From positions 14,855 to 78,854 of the forward strand of contig CAWGYQ010000016.1 in NCBI GenBank assembly GCA_963826865.1: DNA of 64,000 bases. The letters run 5' to 3'. Source of the stretch: an uncultured Acidobacteriota bacterium. Lineage in GTDB: Bacteria; Acidobacteriota; Vicinamibacteria; Vicinamibacterales; CAVPJW01. The notes below the pieces were generated by a model that ran no database searches, was not told the DNA's origin, and saw only the letters and a program-made list of their open reading frames with translations. This document shows positions 26,834 to 36,000 of the stretch, in pieces. Positions within the stretch are counted from its first letter, which is position 1. Each line of letters begins with the position of its first letter. Position numbers and translations under genes: made by a program.

Positions 26834-27964
26834 CTACGTCCCGGCGCCGGCGTAGCGCCGATAGACCTCCCCTAGTTCTTCCGCAGTCCGTCGCCATGTG
26901 AACTCGCCGAGAACGACCTTCCGCGCACGGGCGCCCATGGCGATCAGATCTCCGGTGCTCATGTCGTGCAGTCGGCGTACGGCCCGCGCCACCGCCTCCG
27001 GAACGGGATCGACGATCACAGCCGCCCCGGATTCGCCGAGCCGGCCGAGCGGATCAGCCGCACGGCTCAACAGGCATGGCCGGCGGAGCGCCGCGGCTTC
27101 GAGCACGGCCTGCGACATGCCCTCCCAGCGTGACGTATGTACGAAGACATCGGCCTCGACCAGCGCCTCGATCTTTTCCCTGCCGACGAGCGCGTCCGTC
27201 AGGATGACCGGCACAGAGAGCGACTGCGACGCCAGCGCGCGCTCGAGGCGCCGCCGATATCCCCGCCAGTCCGGACCCGCAATCACGAGAGCGATGTCAG
27301 CCAGGCCCGATTGCGCGACGCCCGCCATCAGCACGTCCAGCCCCTTCTGCAGAGGATCCAGACGGCCCACGAAAAGAAACACTTTCTTGCCGGCGAGTTG
27401 CGGATACCGGTTGCGCAGTGGCTGCGCGCGGGCGGCCGGCGGATCCGGCGGCGTGATCCCGTTCGGCACGATCACGATTGGCGATCGGACTCCATAGCGC
27501 TCGAGGCCTTCGTGAGCGCCTAACGCATGTACGAACGCCGCGCCGTTCAGAATGCCGCGCTCGAACGCGTACTTGTAGGGGATCTTGAGCATCCAGCGAT
27601 GACGAATTTCTCCGGGCGAGAGCGCGCCGTGGGGTGTCATCACGTAGGGCACACGATGGCGGCGCGCCCACCGGACGACGGGCACATGCTCGGGTGAGTA
27701 CGGCGAGTGGAGATGCAACACGTCGGGGCGCCTCGTCTCCAGCGTTCGGACGAGCGCCGTTGGCACGCCGAAGGGCCACCGCGAGGGCGCTATGACGTGC
27801 GCCTCGACGCCGTCTGCAGGAACCGGGGCCGTTCGGTGCCTCGCGAGAAGGATGACGTCGAGTCCCAGTTGCGCCTGTGCCGCGGTCATGTGATAGACCG
27901 CTCGGTCGACGCCGTTCAAAGAGTCGGGATCCGGCCGGCCGCACACGACATGGACGATTCTCAC
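26834..27964 (-). CDS. Glycosyltransferase family 4 (GT-B)
   Basis: GTG start with N-terminus RIVHVV. The C-terminal Glycos_transf_1 region contains the HTSRWEGMSQAVLEAAALRRP EX7E-type motif. Confidence 0.85.
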   Translation of the reverse strand: MRIVHVVCGRPDPDSLNGVDRAVYHMTAAQAQLGLDVILLARHRTAPVPADGVEAHVIAPSRWPFGVPTALVRTLETRRPDVLHLHSPYSPEHVPVVRWARRHRVPYVMTPHGALSPGEIRHRWMLKIPYKYAFERGILNGAAFVHALGAHEGLERYGVRSPIVIVPNGITPPDPPAARAQPLRNRYPQLAGKKVFLFVGRLDPLQKGLDVLMAGVAQSGLADIALVIAGPDWRGYRRRLERALASQSLSVPVILTDALVGREKIEALVEADVFVHTSRWEGMSQAVLEAAALRRPCLLSRAADPLGRLGESGAAVIVDPVPEAVARAVRRLHDMSTGDLIAMGARARKVVLGEFTWRRTAEELGEVYRRYAGAGT

Positions 27965-28213
27965 GAACTAAGTGCTCCCGGTCGCTGAACCCTGCGCGTC
28001 GAGTCATGTACCTCTATCAAAAGGTTTCACACGCCAATGCTGCGAGCGTGCTCGTTGCGGCTTCGACGCGGGCGTTGAACGCCTGCGAATCACGCTCTCT
28101 CCAACGCCGAAAGACGCCCGCGCAGGCCTCGCCCACGCTCTCATTTTCGGGATGGTCGCGAACGACAGCTGGGGATAAGGCGGGAGGGAAGAAAACCGCC
28201 GAGGCAGAAAGGT

Positions 28214-28243
28214 GAGACGCGCAGCATACGGGCTGCGCGTCTC
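28214..28243 (-). terminator. GC-rich hairpin downstream of the secreted-protein gene
   Basis: GAGACGCGCAGC, a 6-nt loop, then GCTGCGCGTCTC (perfect 12-bp stem), 11 nt after the stop at 28254. The U-tract is only weak. Confidence 0.4.
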
Positions 28244-28253
28244 GTCGGATCGA

Positions 28254-28724
28254 CTATGAACAGCTCGCCGAGATCATCTTGACGGTTCGTGCCTCGAACG
28301 TCTTCACATTACCGACGGCTGACGCTGTGGCCGATTGTCCGGCGTCCTTCACCGTTCCCGTGACGAGCACCTTGTGTCCGGCGTGTGGGGCGAAATTCAC
28401 GCTAGATCCCTGCGCGATGAGCTTGTAGCTCTTGTCCACGCTCAGCGCCGTGCTCGCGGACCCGGCCGCCGTGTCGGCCATGGCGTTCGCGAGTGTGAAC
28501 GAGCCGGGCTCGGTGCCCGGATTGACGCACCCCGTGATGGCGATGAGCTTCGCGTCTGGCATCGCCTGACTTACTGACGGGGTCTGCGGAGTCGCCGGTG
28601 GGGCCTGCGGGGTCTGCGGAGTCGCCGGTGGAACCTGCGGTGGTACCGATGGGGTTTGCGCACCAAGCACAGCCGTCAAACCGATCGCCGCAACCGTACA
28701 AGCAAACACTGATGTCAACTTCAT
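28254..28724 (-). CDS. Secreted hypothetical protein with a Pro/Thr/Gln decapeptide repeat
   Basis: The ATG at 28722-28724 is preceded by AGGAGG. Sequence starts MKLTSVFACTVAAIGLTAVLGAQ, followed by PPQVPPATPQTPQAPPATPQTP, then a beta-rich domain ending in SASCS. Confidence 0.65.
   Translation of the reverse strand: MKLTSVFACTVAAIGLTAVLGAQTPSVPPQVPPATPQTPQAPPATPQTPSVSQAMPDAKLIAITGCVNPGTEPGSFTLANAMADTAAGSASTALSVDKSYKLIAQGSSVNFAPHAGHKVLVTGTVKDAGQSATASAVGNVKTFEARTVKMISASCS
28581..28640. repeat. Tandem 30-bp x2 repeat inside a CDS
   Basis: GGTCTGCGGAGTCGCCGGTGGGGCCTGCGG followed by GGTCTGCGGAGTCGCCGGTGGAACCTGCGG (28/30 identical). It encodes the PPATPQTPQx repeat on the minus strand. Confidence 0.9.
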
Positions 28725-28763
28725 TTCCACTATCCTCCTGGGTTTCGTGTTCGCTGGTTGAAT

Positions 28764-28779
28764 TGCAGAAGCCGCGCCA
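28764..28779 (-). promoter_or_regulatory. Candidate sigma-54 promoter for the secreted repeat protein
   Basis: The minus strand reads TGGCGCGGCTTCTGCA (GG and TGC at consensus spacing), about 40 nt upstream of the ATG at 28724. Confidence 0.4.
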
Positions 28780-29170
28780 CCGTCGGCTTCTTGGCCGCCA
28801 CCGCGCCGGCGCGGATTTGCTCGATCAAATGGCCAGCGAGCAGTGCGAGAAGCACAACCTTCGTCGAGAGTTGTCGCGACCTGAGACAACGCCGTTACAC
28901 ACTGCGAGCCGCCGAGCCTGTCGTCCTGCAGCCGCACACGTCGAGCTTGCAGCGGTAGGCGCGCAGCCAGGCTCTGCCGCGCTTGCTGCTACGCGGTAAC
29001 TCGGGGCCAACCGCGCAACTGCTCAGCTGCATCGGTGCTGGGCTGTACAAGACCTGACACCGCCTGGTCCGTATGCAGTGATGCCTATACGATCCACTGC
29101 CATGCGCGTGCGCTCCCCCCAGTTTTCCTCGAAGAAACGCATGCCGCCCTCGCTTGGCGCGCGACCGCTC

Positions 29171-29186
29171 TGGCACGCGCCGTGCT
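29171..29186 (+). promoter_or_regulatory. Candidate sigma-54 promoter for the lmo0937-like/csbD pair
   Basis: TGGCACGCGCCGTGCT has a perfect TGGCACG -24 element and GTGCT at -12. It lies about 90 nt upstream of the ATG at 29275. Confidence 0.5.
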
Positions 29187-29274
29187 TTTAAAGACGCGGA
29201 CAAGCTGGAGCGCCCGCGGCGACTGCTGGACCACGACGTGAGGCAGCGGGATAACAGTAGCAAGGAGAAGCAAC

Positions 29275-29424
29275 ATGCTTTGGACCATTTTCATGATCCT
29301 CATCGTGCTGTGGCTGTTGGGAATGGTGAGCTCGTACACGCTGGGCGGCTTCATCCACGTCCTGTTGGTCATCGCGCTGATTGCCGTGGTGATTCAACTG
29401 ATCCAGGGGCGCCGCGTCGTCTGA
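29275..29424 (+). CDS. lmo0937-family small membrane protein (49 aa)
   Basis: Too short for the ORF track. AAGGAGAAG at 29262-29270. Sequence: MLWTIFMILIVLWLLGMVSSYTLGGFIHVLLVIALIAVVIQLIQGRRVV. Confidence 0.7.
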   Translation: MLWTIFMILIVLWLLGMVSSYTLGGFIHVLLVIALIAVVIQLIQGRRVV

Positions 29425-29481
29425 CGGAGACGACACCGATCATCAAGGCGATGAGCCTCGAAAAGAAAAATGGAGTACCGC

Positions 29482-29694
29482 ATGAATCGAGACATCTTGC
29501 AGGGAAAGTGGAGCCAGCTTCGTGGCGAAATCACGAGGCAATGGGGTCGTCTGACCGACGACGAGGTCGATGAGCTCGGAGGCAACTTCGAAAAGCTCGT
29601 TGGCCGCATTCAAGAGCGTTACGGGTATGAGCGCGAACGCGCTGAGCATGAAATCGACGATTTTTTGGCCCGCTGGTCTCCCTCCCCGGCGTAA
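29482..29694 (+). CDS. csbD: CsbD-family stress protein
   Basis: MNRDILQGKWSQLRGEITRQWGRLTDDEVDELGGNFEKLVGRIQERYGY. GGAG lies 6 nt upstream of the ATG at 29482. The ORF track starts at 29470. Confidence 0.85.
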   Translation: MNRDILQGKWSQLRGEITRQWGRLTDDEVDELGGNFEKLVGRIQERYGYERERAEHEIDDFLARWSPSPA

Positions 29695-29703
29695 AGCCGG
29701 CAG

Positions 29704-29732
29704 GCGAGCGCCCATCACAGATGGGCGCTCGC
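29704..29732. terminator. Perfect 12-bp hairpin between the convergent csbD and AI-2E transporter genes
   Basis: GCGAGCGCCCAT, loop CACAG, ATGGGCGCTCGC. Confidence 0.5.
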
Positions 29733-29771
29733 ACCCGCCTTCTGCACCATCTCAAACGAACGTCGTCGCGT

Positions 29772-29799
29772 TAAGGACGGACTATTAAGGACGGATTAT
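29772..29799. repeat. Tandem 14-bp x2 direct repeat
   Basis: TAAGGACGGACTAT followed by TAAGGACGGATTAT (13/14 identical). The second copy contains the stop codon of the minus-strand transporter gene. Confidence 0.8.
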
Positions 29800-30965
29800 T
29801 CGGCGAGCACTTCAGCAACCGGCTGAAATTCTTCGATGCGCTCAGCGACGGTTTTTACGGCCATCAGGATCGGCGTTGCAAGCAGCACTCCCCAGAGTCC
29901 CCACATCCAGCCCCAGAACAGCAGACTCACGAAGACCGCGACGGCGTTCATGCGGCTCGCGCGGCTCATGAGCCATGGGGTCAGCAAGAATCCCTCGACG
30001 CTCGTCACCACGACGGAGACGCCCGCGACGAGCAGCATCATCTCAAGCGAACCGAACTGCATCATTGCCACCAAGGCTGATGCTACCATCATGACAATCG
30101 GTCCGAAATAGGGAATCGTGTTCAGAATGCCGGCGGCCAGCCCCCACACGGCCGGCTGCTCGACACCAATCAGCCAGAACGCCAGACCGGTCGTGAGCCC
30201 CACGAGCGCGCTGGCGAACGCCAGGTGCAGCAGGAAGTGTTCGACCTTCGTGGTGATCTCATCGAGGATCTGCACCGTCACGCGTCGGCCCACCATCGTC
30301 GGTCCGGCGAGACGGACGAGTTTCCGCTTGTACTGATCGCCGGAGGCCAGGAGGAAGAACACGAGAAACACGAGCAGAACGAGCTGGGCGGCGAACGAGA
30401 CAGCCCCCGCCGAACCCCATCGGACATAGGCGGCCACATCGACCGCCGGTTCGACAACCTGCACGCGAGTGATCCCGGTCTGCGGTGGAGTCTGAGCGGT
30501 GGCGTCTGACGCGGCCCGCTCGAGATCGGTGGCAGCCTTGGACAGCTGCTGAAGGGTTCCATTCTGCTTCCGGGCGGAAAGCCGAGCCGCCTGGCGAAGC
30601 TTCTGCGTGGCGGCTGGGAGCTCTTCTATCACCGTCGCCACCTCGTCGCTGAGGCTGTACACTGTTACGCCGACGGCAGCCACGAGCGAGACCATGACGA
30701 TGGCCGCGCTGACCGCCCGCGGCACGCGGCGGCGGACGAGAAACGAGACCAGCGGATCGAGCGCGTAGCGCAAGACGAGACCGGTAGCGAGCGGCACAAA
30801 AAAATCGCGGGCCACGCGCAGCATCAAGAGAAGCGTCAGAGCGATGACCAGCATCACCGCCAGCGCTGGAAGATCAACTGAGATCCGAGCCGTGGGATCC
30901 CGGCTGACGCTTGCAACGACAGTGCTGTCCATCGGCGGCGGCACGTCCGGCTGCCTGCGTGACAT
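29796..30965 (-). CDS. AI-2E family transporter (PerM/UPF0118)
   Basis: ORF 29796..31136 trimmed to the ATG at 30963-30965 (MSRRQPDV...). It has multiple TM helices and the typical C-terminal block LLFWGWMWGLWGVLLATPILM. Confidence 0.85.
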   Translation of the reverse strand: MSRRQPDVPPPMDSTVVASVSRDPTARISVDLPALAVMLVIALTLLLMLRVARDFFVPLATGLVLRYALDPLVSFLVRRRVPRAVSAAIVMVSLVAAVGVTVYSLSDEVATVIEELPAATQKLRQAARLSARKQNGTLQQLSKAATDLERAASDATAQTPPQTGITRVQVVEPAVDVAAYVRWGSAGAVSFAAQLVLLVFLVFFLLASGDQYKRKLVRLAGPTMVGRRVTVQILDEITTKVEHFLLHLAFASALVGLTTGLAFWLIGVEQPAVWGLAAGILNTIPYFGPIVMMVASALVAMMQFGSLEMMLLVAGVSVVVTSVEGFLLTPWLMSRASRMNAVAVFVSLLFWGWMWGLWGVLLATPILMAVKTVAERIEEFQPVAEVLAE

Positions 30966-31014
30966 GTGGCTTGACTGCCCTCCAATTACCGTTCCAACTC
31001 GGCCTTTCGGACAA

Positions 31015-31030
31015 TGGCACCGGAGTTGAA
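31015..31030 (+). promoter_or_regulatory. Weak sigma-54 promoter candidate
   Basis: TGGCACCGGAGTTGAA has a perfect -24 element, but the -12 element reads TTGA instead of TTGC. It lies 46 nt upstream of the ATG at 31076. Confidence 0.25.
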
Positions 31031-31075
31031 GAAACAAGATGCTGCCTGCACACTGCTGAAAGTGAGGTCGAGACC

Positions 31076-31420
31076 ATGGACCGACGTCCCAACCTGACCG
31101 TGCCACGACAACCATTGGCCGCACGCCAACTTGCACTGCCGCGCGAGGCGCAACGGTGGCTGCTGGGCATGGCGGCGGCGGCCGTTACCGCCATGGGCAT
31201 GCGCCGCCGCTCGATTCTGCCAAAGGCTTTCTTGCTGGCGACGGGCACCTTGCTTTACCGTGCTGCAGCGGGTCACGACGATTTGGCTCTGGTACGAGCG
31301 TGGATCCACGAGCGTCGGGATCGCCGTCTCCCGGTCGAGCCCGTCACGGCTGCGGCCGAAGAATCGTTCCCCGCCAGTGACCCTCCGTCCTGGACGCCGA
31401 CTGCCGGCCCGGTCATGTAG
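31076..31420 (+). CDS. Small membrane protein (DUF2892/YgaP-like hairpin, C-terminal ESFPASDPPSWT motif)
   Basis: The ATG at 31076 lies inside ORF 30911..31420. Hydrophobic hairpin: WLLGMAAAAVTAMGMRRRSILPKAFLLATGTLLY. Confidence 0.6.
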   Translation: MDRRPNLTVPRQPLAARQLALPREAQRWLLGMAAAAVTAMGMRRRSILPKAFLLATGTLLYRAAAGHDDLALVRAWIHERRDRRLPVEPVTAAAEESFPASDPPSWTPTAGPVM

Positions 31421-31552
31421 GAAAATCACGCTCAAGTGGCCGTGGCCCACCGCCAGATTCGGCATGGGCCCTGCAAGGCTGAGCTGCCAGTCGATTGCTT
31501 CGCAGATTTTCCCCGGATTCTCCGTGGTTTCTGGCCGCGGCCGGGCAAAGTT

Positions 31553-31567
31553 GTAGCGATTAGATAC
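31553..31567. promoter_or_regulatory. GTAGCG-ATT-AGATAC half-palindrome, related to the palindrome at 44613..44627
   Basis: The 25-nt block 31543-31567 matches 44603-44627 at 20/25 positions. It lies about 50 nt upstream of the bEBP start codon. Confidence 0.3.
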
Positions 31568-31615
31568 ACCCTGCAGTATTGTGAACCATCGCGCAGGCCA
31601 CCCCGAGGAGTGACG

Positions 31616-33022
31616 ATGCCGAATCTTGCCCGCGTGCTGATCGTTGACGACGAGCCCGATACCGCGTCGTGGATGAAGTTGCTGTTGACGAATCGCGGTT
31701 ACGACGTCCGTGTTGCGAACGATGGAGGGAGCGCGCTCACGACCGCCGAGTCGTGGCCGGCCGAAGTCGTCCTCATGGATCTCATGTTGCCCGACGCTGA
31801 TGGCATTGACCTGCTGACGACGATCAAGACCACGAATCCCGCGAGCCAGGTGATTGTGGTGACCGGCTACGGGAGTGTCCAGAAAGCCGTCGAAGCGATG
31901 CGGGCGGGCGCCTTGACCTTCATCGAGAAGCCGCTCGACGCAGACGTGCTCCTGGCGATTCTCGATAAGGCCGGCGAGCAAGCCGCGCTCGCAGCCGAGA
32001 ATCGACAGCTTCGCGACGATCTCCAGCAGGCGCGCGGGTTCCCGAATGTCATCGCCCGCAGCGACAAGATGAAGCAACTGTTCGATCTGATGAAGATGGT
32101 CGCTCCGACCGATGCGAGCGTCCTCATTGTCGGCGAGAACGGCACGGGCAAGGAGCTCATCGCGGCGGCGATTCACGAGCACAGCAAGCGGGCGCACCAG
32201 CCGTTCATCAGGATCAATTGCTCCGCCATCCCGGCCGAGCTCATCGAGTCGGAGCTGTTCGGCCATCGCAAGGGCTCGTTCACCGGAGCCGTGTCGGACA
32301 AGATGGGCCTCATCGAGATGGCTCACGGCGGGTCGTTGCTGCTCGATGAGATTGGCGAAATGCCGCCTTCCTTGCAGGTGAAGATGCTGCGCGTCCTGCA
32401 GGAGCGTGAGTTTCGTCCCGTCGGGAGCACGCGGACGATCAAGCCGGACTTCCGGCTGATCTGCTCGACGAATGTCCAGCTCGACACGGCTCTCGAGAGC
32501 CGCAAGCTTCGCGAGGACCTCTATTTCCGCATCAACACCGTGACCCTGGTCGTGCCACCGCTGCGCGAGCGGCCCGATGACGTACCACTCTTGGCGCAAT
32601 ACTTCGTGGAGAAATACGCCGCGCGCCATCAGCGGGACGTTCGGACGATTCACCAGGACGTGCGGCGTGCGCTGATGCGCTCGCCCTGGCCCGGCAACGT
32701 CCGCGAGCTCGAACACGTCATCGAGCGCGCGGTCATCGTCGCCCAGGGCCCGGAGATCATGGTGGACCATCTTCCCGAGTCGCTGACGGCGGCGAAAGAG
32801 TCCGTGGCTCCGGGATTCGTCGTGCCCCCTCACCACACCCTCGCGGATCTGGAACGGTCGGCGATTCTGCAGACGCTGGAACGTACCCACTGGAACAAGC
32901 GGGCAGCGGCCAGCATCCTCGGCGTCTACCGGCCGACCCTGTACAACAAGCTGAAGAAGTACAAGATTTCGGAGTCGTCTGGATCGAAGCGATCAACGGA
33001 GCGTCGCGCGGCGGACGACTAA
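31616..33022 (+). CDS. Sigma-54-dependent response regulator (NtrC-family bacterial enhancer-binding protein)
   Basis: The ATG at 31616 follows GAGGAG. Domains: receiver (VLIVDDEPD...[11 protein letters not shown]), AAA+ ([14 protein letters not shown]-type [15 protein letters not shown]) and a Fis-type HTH ([20 protein letters not shown]). Confidence 0.93.
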   Translation: MPNLARVLIVDDEPDTASWMKLLLTNRGYDVRVANDGGSALTTAESWPAEVVLMDLMLPDADGIDLLTTIKTTNPASQVIVVTGYGSVQKAVEAMRAGALTFIEKPLDADVLLAILDKAGEQAALAAENRQLRDDLQQARGFPNVIARSDKMKQLFDLMKMVAPTDASVLIVGENGTGKELIAAAIHEHSKRAHQPFIRINCSAIPAELIESELFGHRKGSFTGAVSDKMGLIEMAHGGSLLLDEIGEMPPSLQVKMLRVLQEREFRPVGSTRTIKPDFRLICSTNVQLDTALESRKLREDLYFRINTVTLVVPPLRERPDDVPLLAQYFVEKYAARHQRDVRTIHQDVRRALMRSPWPGNVRELEHVIERAVIVAQGPEIMVDHLPESLTAAKESVAPGFVVPPHHTLADLERSAILQTLERTHWNKRAAASILGVYRPTLYNKLKKYKISESSGSKRSTERRAADD

Positions 33023-36000
33023 CGGCTGGCCGGTCCCAGCACCACGCGGATCGTATGTTGCCCCTCGTCTCGGGGCACGGCGATCGGGCTTCTTGAATCG
33101 ATCACGTTGCCGTCAAGCTCTATTCGCTCGACACCCTGACAGACATGGTGCGGGTTGTCCACGGTGACAACGCAGCGCGCGTGCTCGAGCCGCACCATCA
33201 CTTCGTATCCCGGCCACGCGTGGGGAATGCAGGGATTGATGCGGAGCTGCCCGTTGACGATCGATACGCCCAGAACCGCCTCCAGGGCCACGCGGTACAT
33301 CCAGCCCGCTGAGCCCGTATACCAGGTCCATCCGCCACGGCCGGTGTGCGGGGCAACAGAGTACACGTCGCCCGGGATCGAGTACGGCTCGACGGCGTAG
33401 CGCCGCGCGCCTTCTTCGGTGGCGGCATGGTTCACCGGGTTGATCATGCTGAGCAGTTCGAAGGCGCGGTCGCCATCGCCCAGCCGCGCCCACGCCAGCG
33501 CGTTCCAGAGCGCCGCATGCGTGTACTGGCCGCCGTTCTCTCGAACTCCTGGCACGTAGCCGCGGATGTAGCCTGGATCCGGAACCATCCGGTCGAAGGG
33601 CGGCGTGAGCAGGAGCACCAGACGATCCGAGCGGCGAACGAGCAGGCGATCCACGCTGTCCATGGCGACCCGGCATCGCTCGGCGCTGGCGCCGCCCGAC
33701 AACACCGCCCATGACTGCGCGACGGCGTCAATCTGACACTCCTCGTTGACGCTCGCCCCCAGCGGTGTGCCGTCGTCGAAGTACGCGCGTCGGTACCACG
33801 CGCCGTCCCACGCCAGGTCGAGCGCGCGTTCGAGTGCAGACGCGCGGTCCCGATAGGTTGTCGCACGGCCGTGCTCGGCGCGGCGCTCTGCCACCTCGGC
33901 GAAGCGCCCGAGGATGTCGCGGAGAAACCATCCCAGCCACACGCTTTCCCCGCGCCCCTGCCGGCCGACGAGATTCAGCCCGTCGTTCCAGTCCCCGGAC
34001 CCGATCAACGGGAGACCGTGAGCGCCTGTCGTCAGGCTCACATCGACGGCGCGTGCACAATGCTCATAAAGCGATGCCGTGTCGCGCGAGACCTCTGGGC
34101 GCTCGAAAAACTCGTCCTGATCCGGTTCGAGTATGTGGCCCGCGAGAAAAGGCACAGGCTCGTCGAGAACCGCCTCGTCTCCTGTCACGTCGATGTAGAC
34201 CATGGCGGCGTACGGCAGCCAGAGCCGGTCGTCGGAGCATCGCGTGCGAATCCCCTGTCCGCCGGGCTCGTGCCACCAGTGCTGGACGTCGCCTTCTGGA
34301 AATTGTCGCGATGCGGCGCGCAGCAGATGAGCGCGAGCGAGCGCCGGCGCCGCAGAGACGAGCGCCAGGGCGTCCTGTAATTGATCACGAAACCCGAACG
34401 CGCCGCTGGACTGGTAGAAACCCGTGCGTCCCCAATAGCGGGCCGACAACGTCTGGTACAGAAGCCACCCGTTCACCAGCACATCCAGCGAGGCGTCCGG
34501 TGTCCGCACCTGGATCGCCGTCAGGACGTCGCGCCATTGGCGTTTCACGTCATCGAGGGCGGTATCGGCCTGCTCGGTCGTGTGGTAGCGCCCGATCGTC
34601 GCGCGGGCCTCGGCTTCGTTGAGGCCCTCGCCGAGCAGGAAGACGAGGTCGGCGGTCTCTCCGGCGCGAAGCTCGATCGTCACCTGGATGGCCCCGCAAG
34701 GGTCGATCAGGGTGCCGGTACGCCCGCCCAAGGTCTGGCGATCGAGCGCGGCGGGCCTGGCGAGTGATCCGTTGCGGCCAAGAAACTCCGTGCGATCGGC
34801 CGTCACCGAGCGGACATCCTCTCCCGAATGCAGATACGCGACACGTTCACCAAAGTCGGCCCGACAACGATTGGCCGCGAAGATCGCTCCCGTCGCCGGA
34901 TCGAGCCATGACCTGATGTGCAGGCGCGTGCGCTCCCTGACCTCGCCCAGGACCCATTCGACGTACAGAATCGCAGAGAGCCGCCGGGTCGGCCCGGAAC
35001 GGTTGTCGAGGCGCAGTCGCCAGATTTTCACGGGGTCGCTGGCCGCCACAAACACCGACAGGATGGATCTGATGCCGCCGTGGTCGTGCTCATACGTCGA
35101 ATAGCCGTGCCCGTGTCGCACCAGGTACGTCTGCGAATCGGGCACGGGTCGTGGGGTGGAGGACCAGTACTCGCCCGTGCCGTCGTCTCTGAGATAGAGA
35201 GCTTCTCCCTGAGGGTCGGACACCGCGTCGTTCGACCAGGGTGTCAGCCGGTTCTCATGGCTGTTCTGGGACCACGTGTATCCCGGCCCCATTTCCGAGG
35301 CCACAAATCCGAAGCGCGGATTTGCGACGACGTTGCTCCAGGGCGCCGGGGTGGGTGCGCCCGGGGGGACCCGCACGACATACTCACGTGCATCTGGTTC
35401 AAAGCCGCCAAATCCATTGAAGAACATGAGACGGCCGGGCTCGACGTCCGCCGCCGCCGTCGTCACTGGCGACGTCTCGGGTTCCAGCGCGTCTGAGACC
35501 GACACTGGCTGTGACGGCAACTTCAGGTGATCGTTGAGCGATCCGCGCGAGCCGATGAGCACTGCGCGTGCCACGGCTGCCAGCAGCACCTGATGCTCGG
35601 GCGGCATCAAGTCCGCGCGTCGTGCGAATACCCCGCCCGGACGATCCAGCCAGTCTCGAGAAAAGCCCATCGTCACCATCTGCTGCACCTCGTCCTGGAG
35701 GTCCTGCAGATAGCTCGTGCCCAGCTCGTTCAGGATGACGAGATCGAATTGGTACCCCTTGAGGCGGCAGTACTCGTGCGTCTTCAGCAACTCGCGCACC
35801 AAAGATAGATGCGAGCTCTCAGAAATTCGCACGAGGACGATCGGCAGGTCGCCGGAGATGCCGTGTCCCCATAGATGATGAACCGCCAGGCGGTTCCTGA
35901 GGGCTGCATCAGAGGATCTGAGGCGCGGATCGCCGTACACCACGCGCGAAAACAACCGCTGCATGTCCCGCGTTTCTTCGTCCGAGACATTCAGATGCCG

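Noticed and set aside
30986-32890. 634-aa minus-strand ORF opposite the sigma-54 activator gene.
   Set aside because: The plus-strand gene has unmistakable receiver, AAA+ (GSFTGA) and Fis-HTH motifs. The antisense translation has no motifs and shadow-ORF composition.
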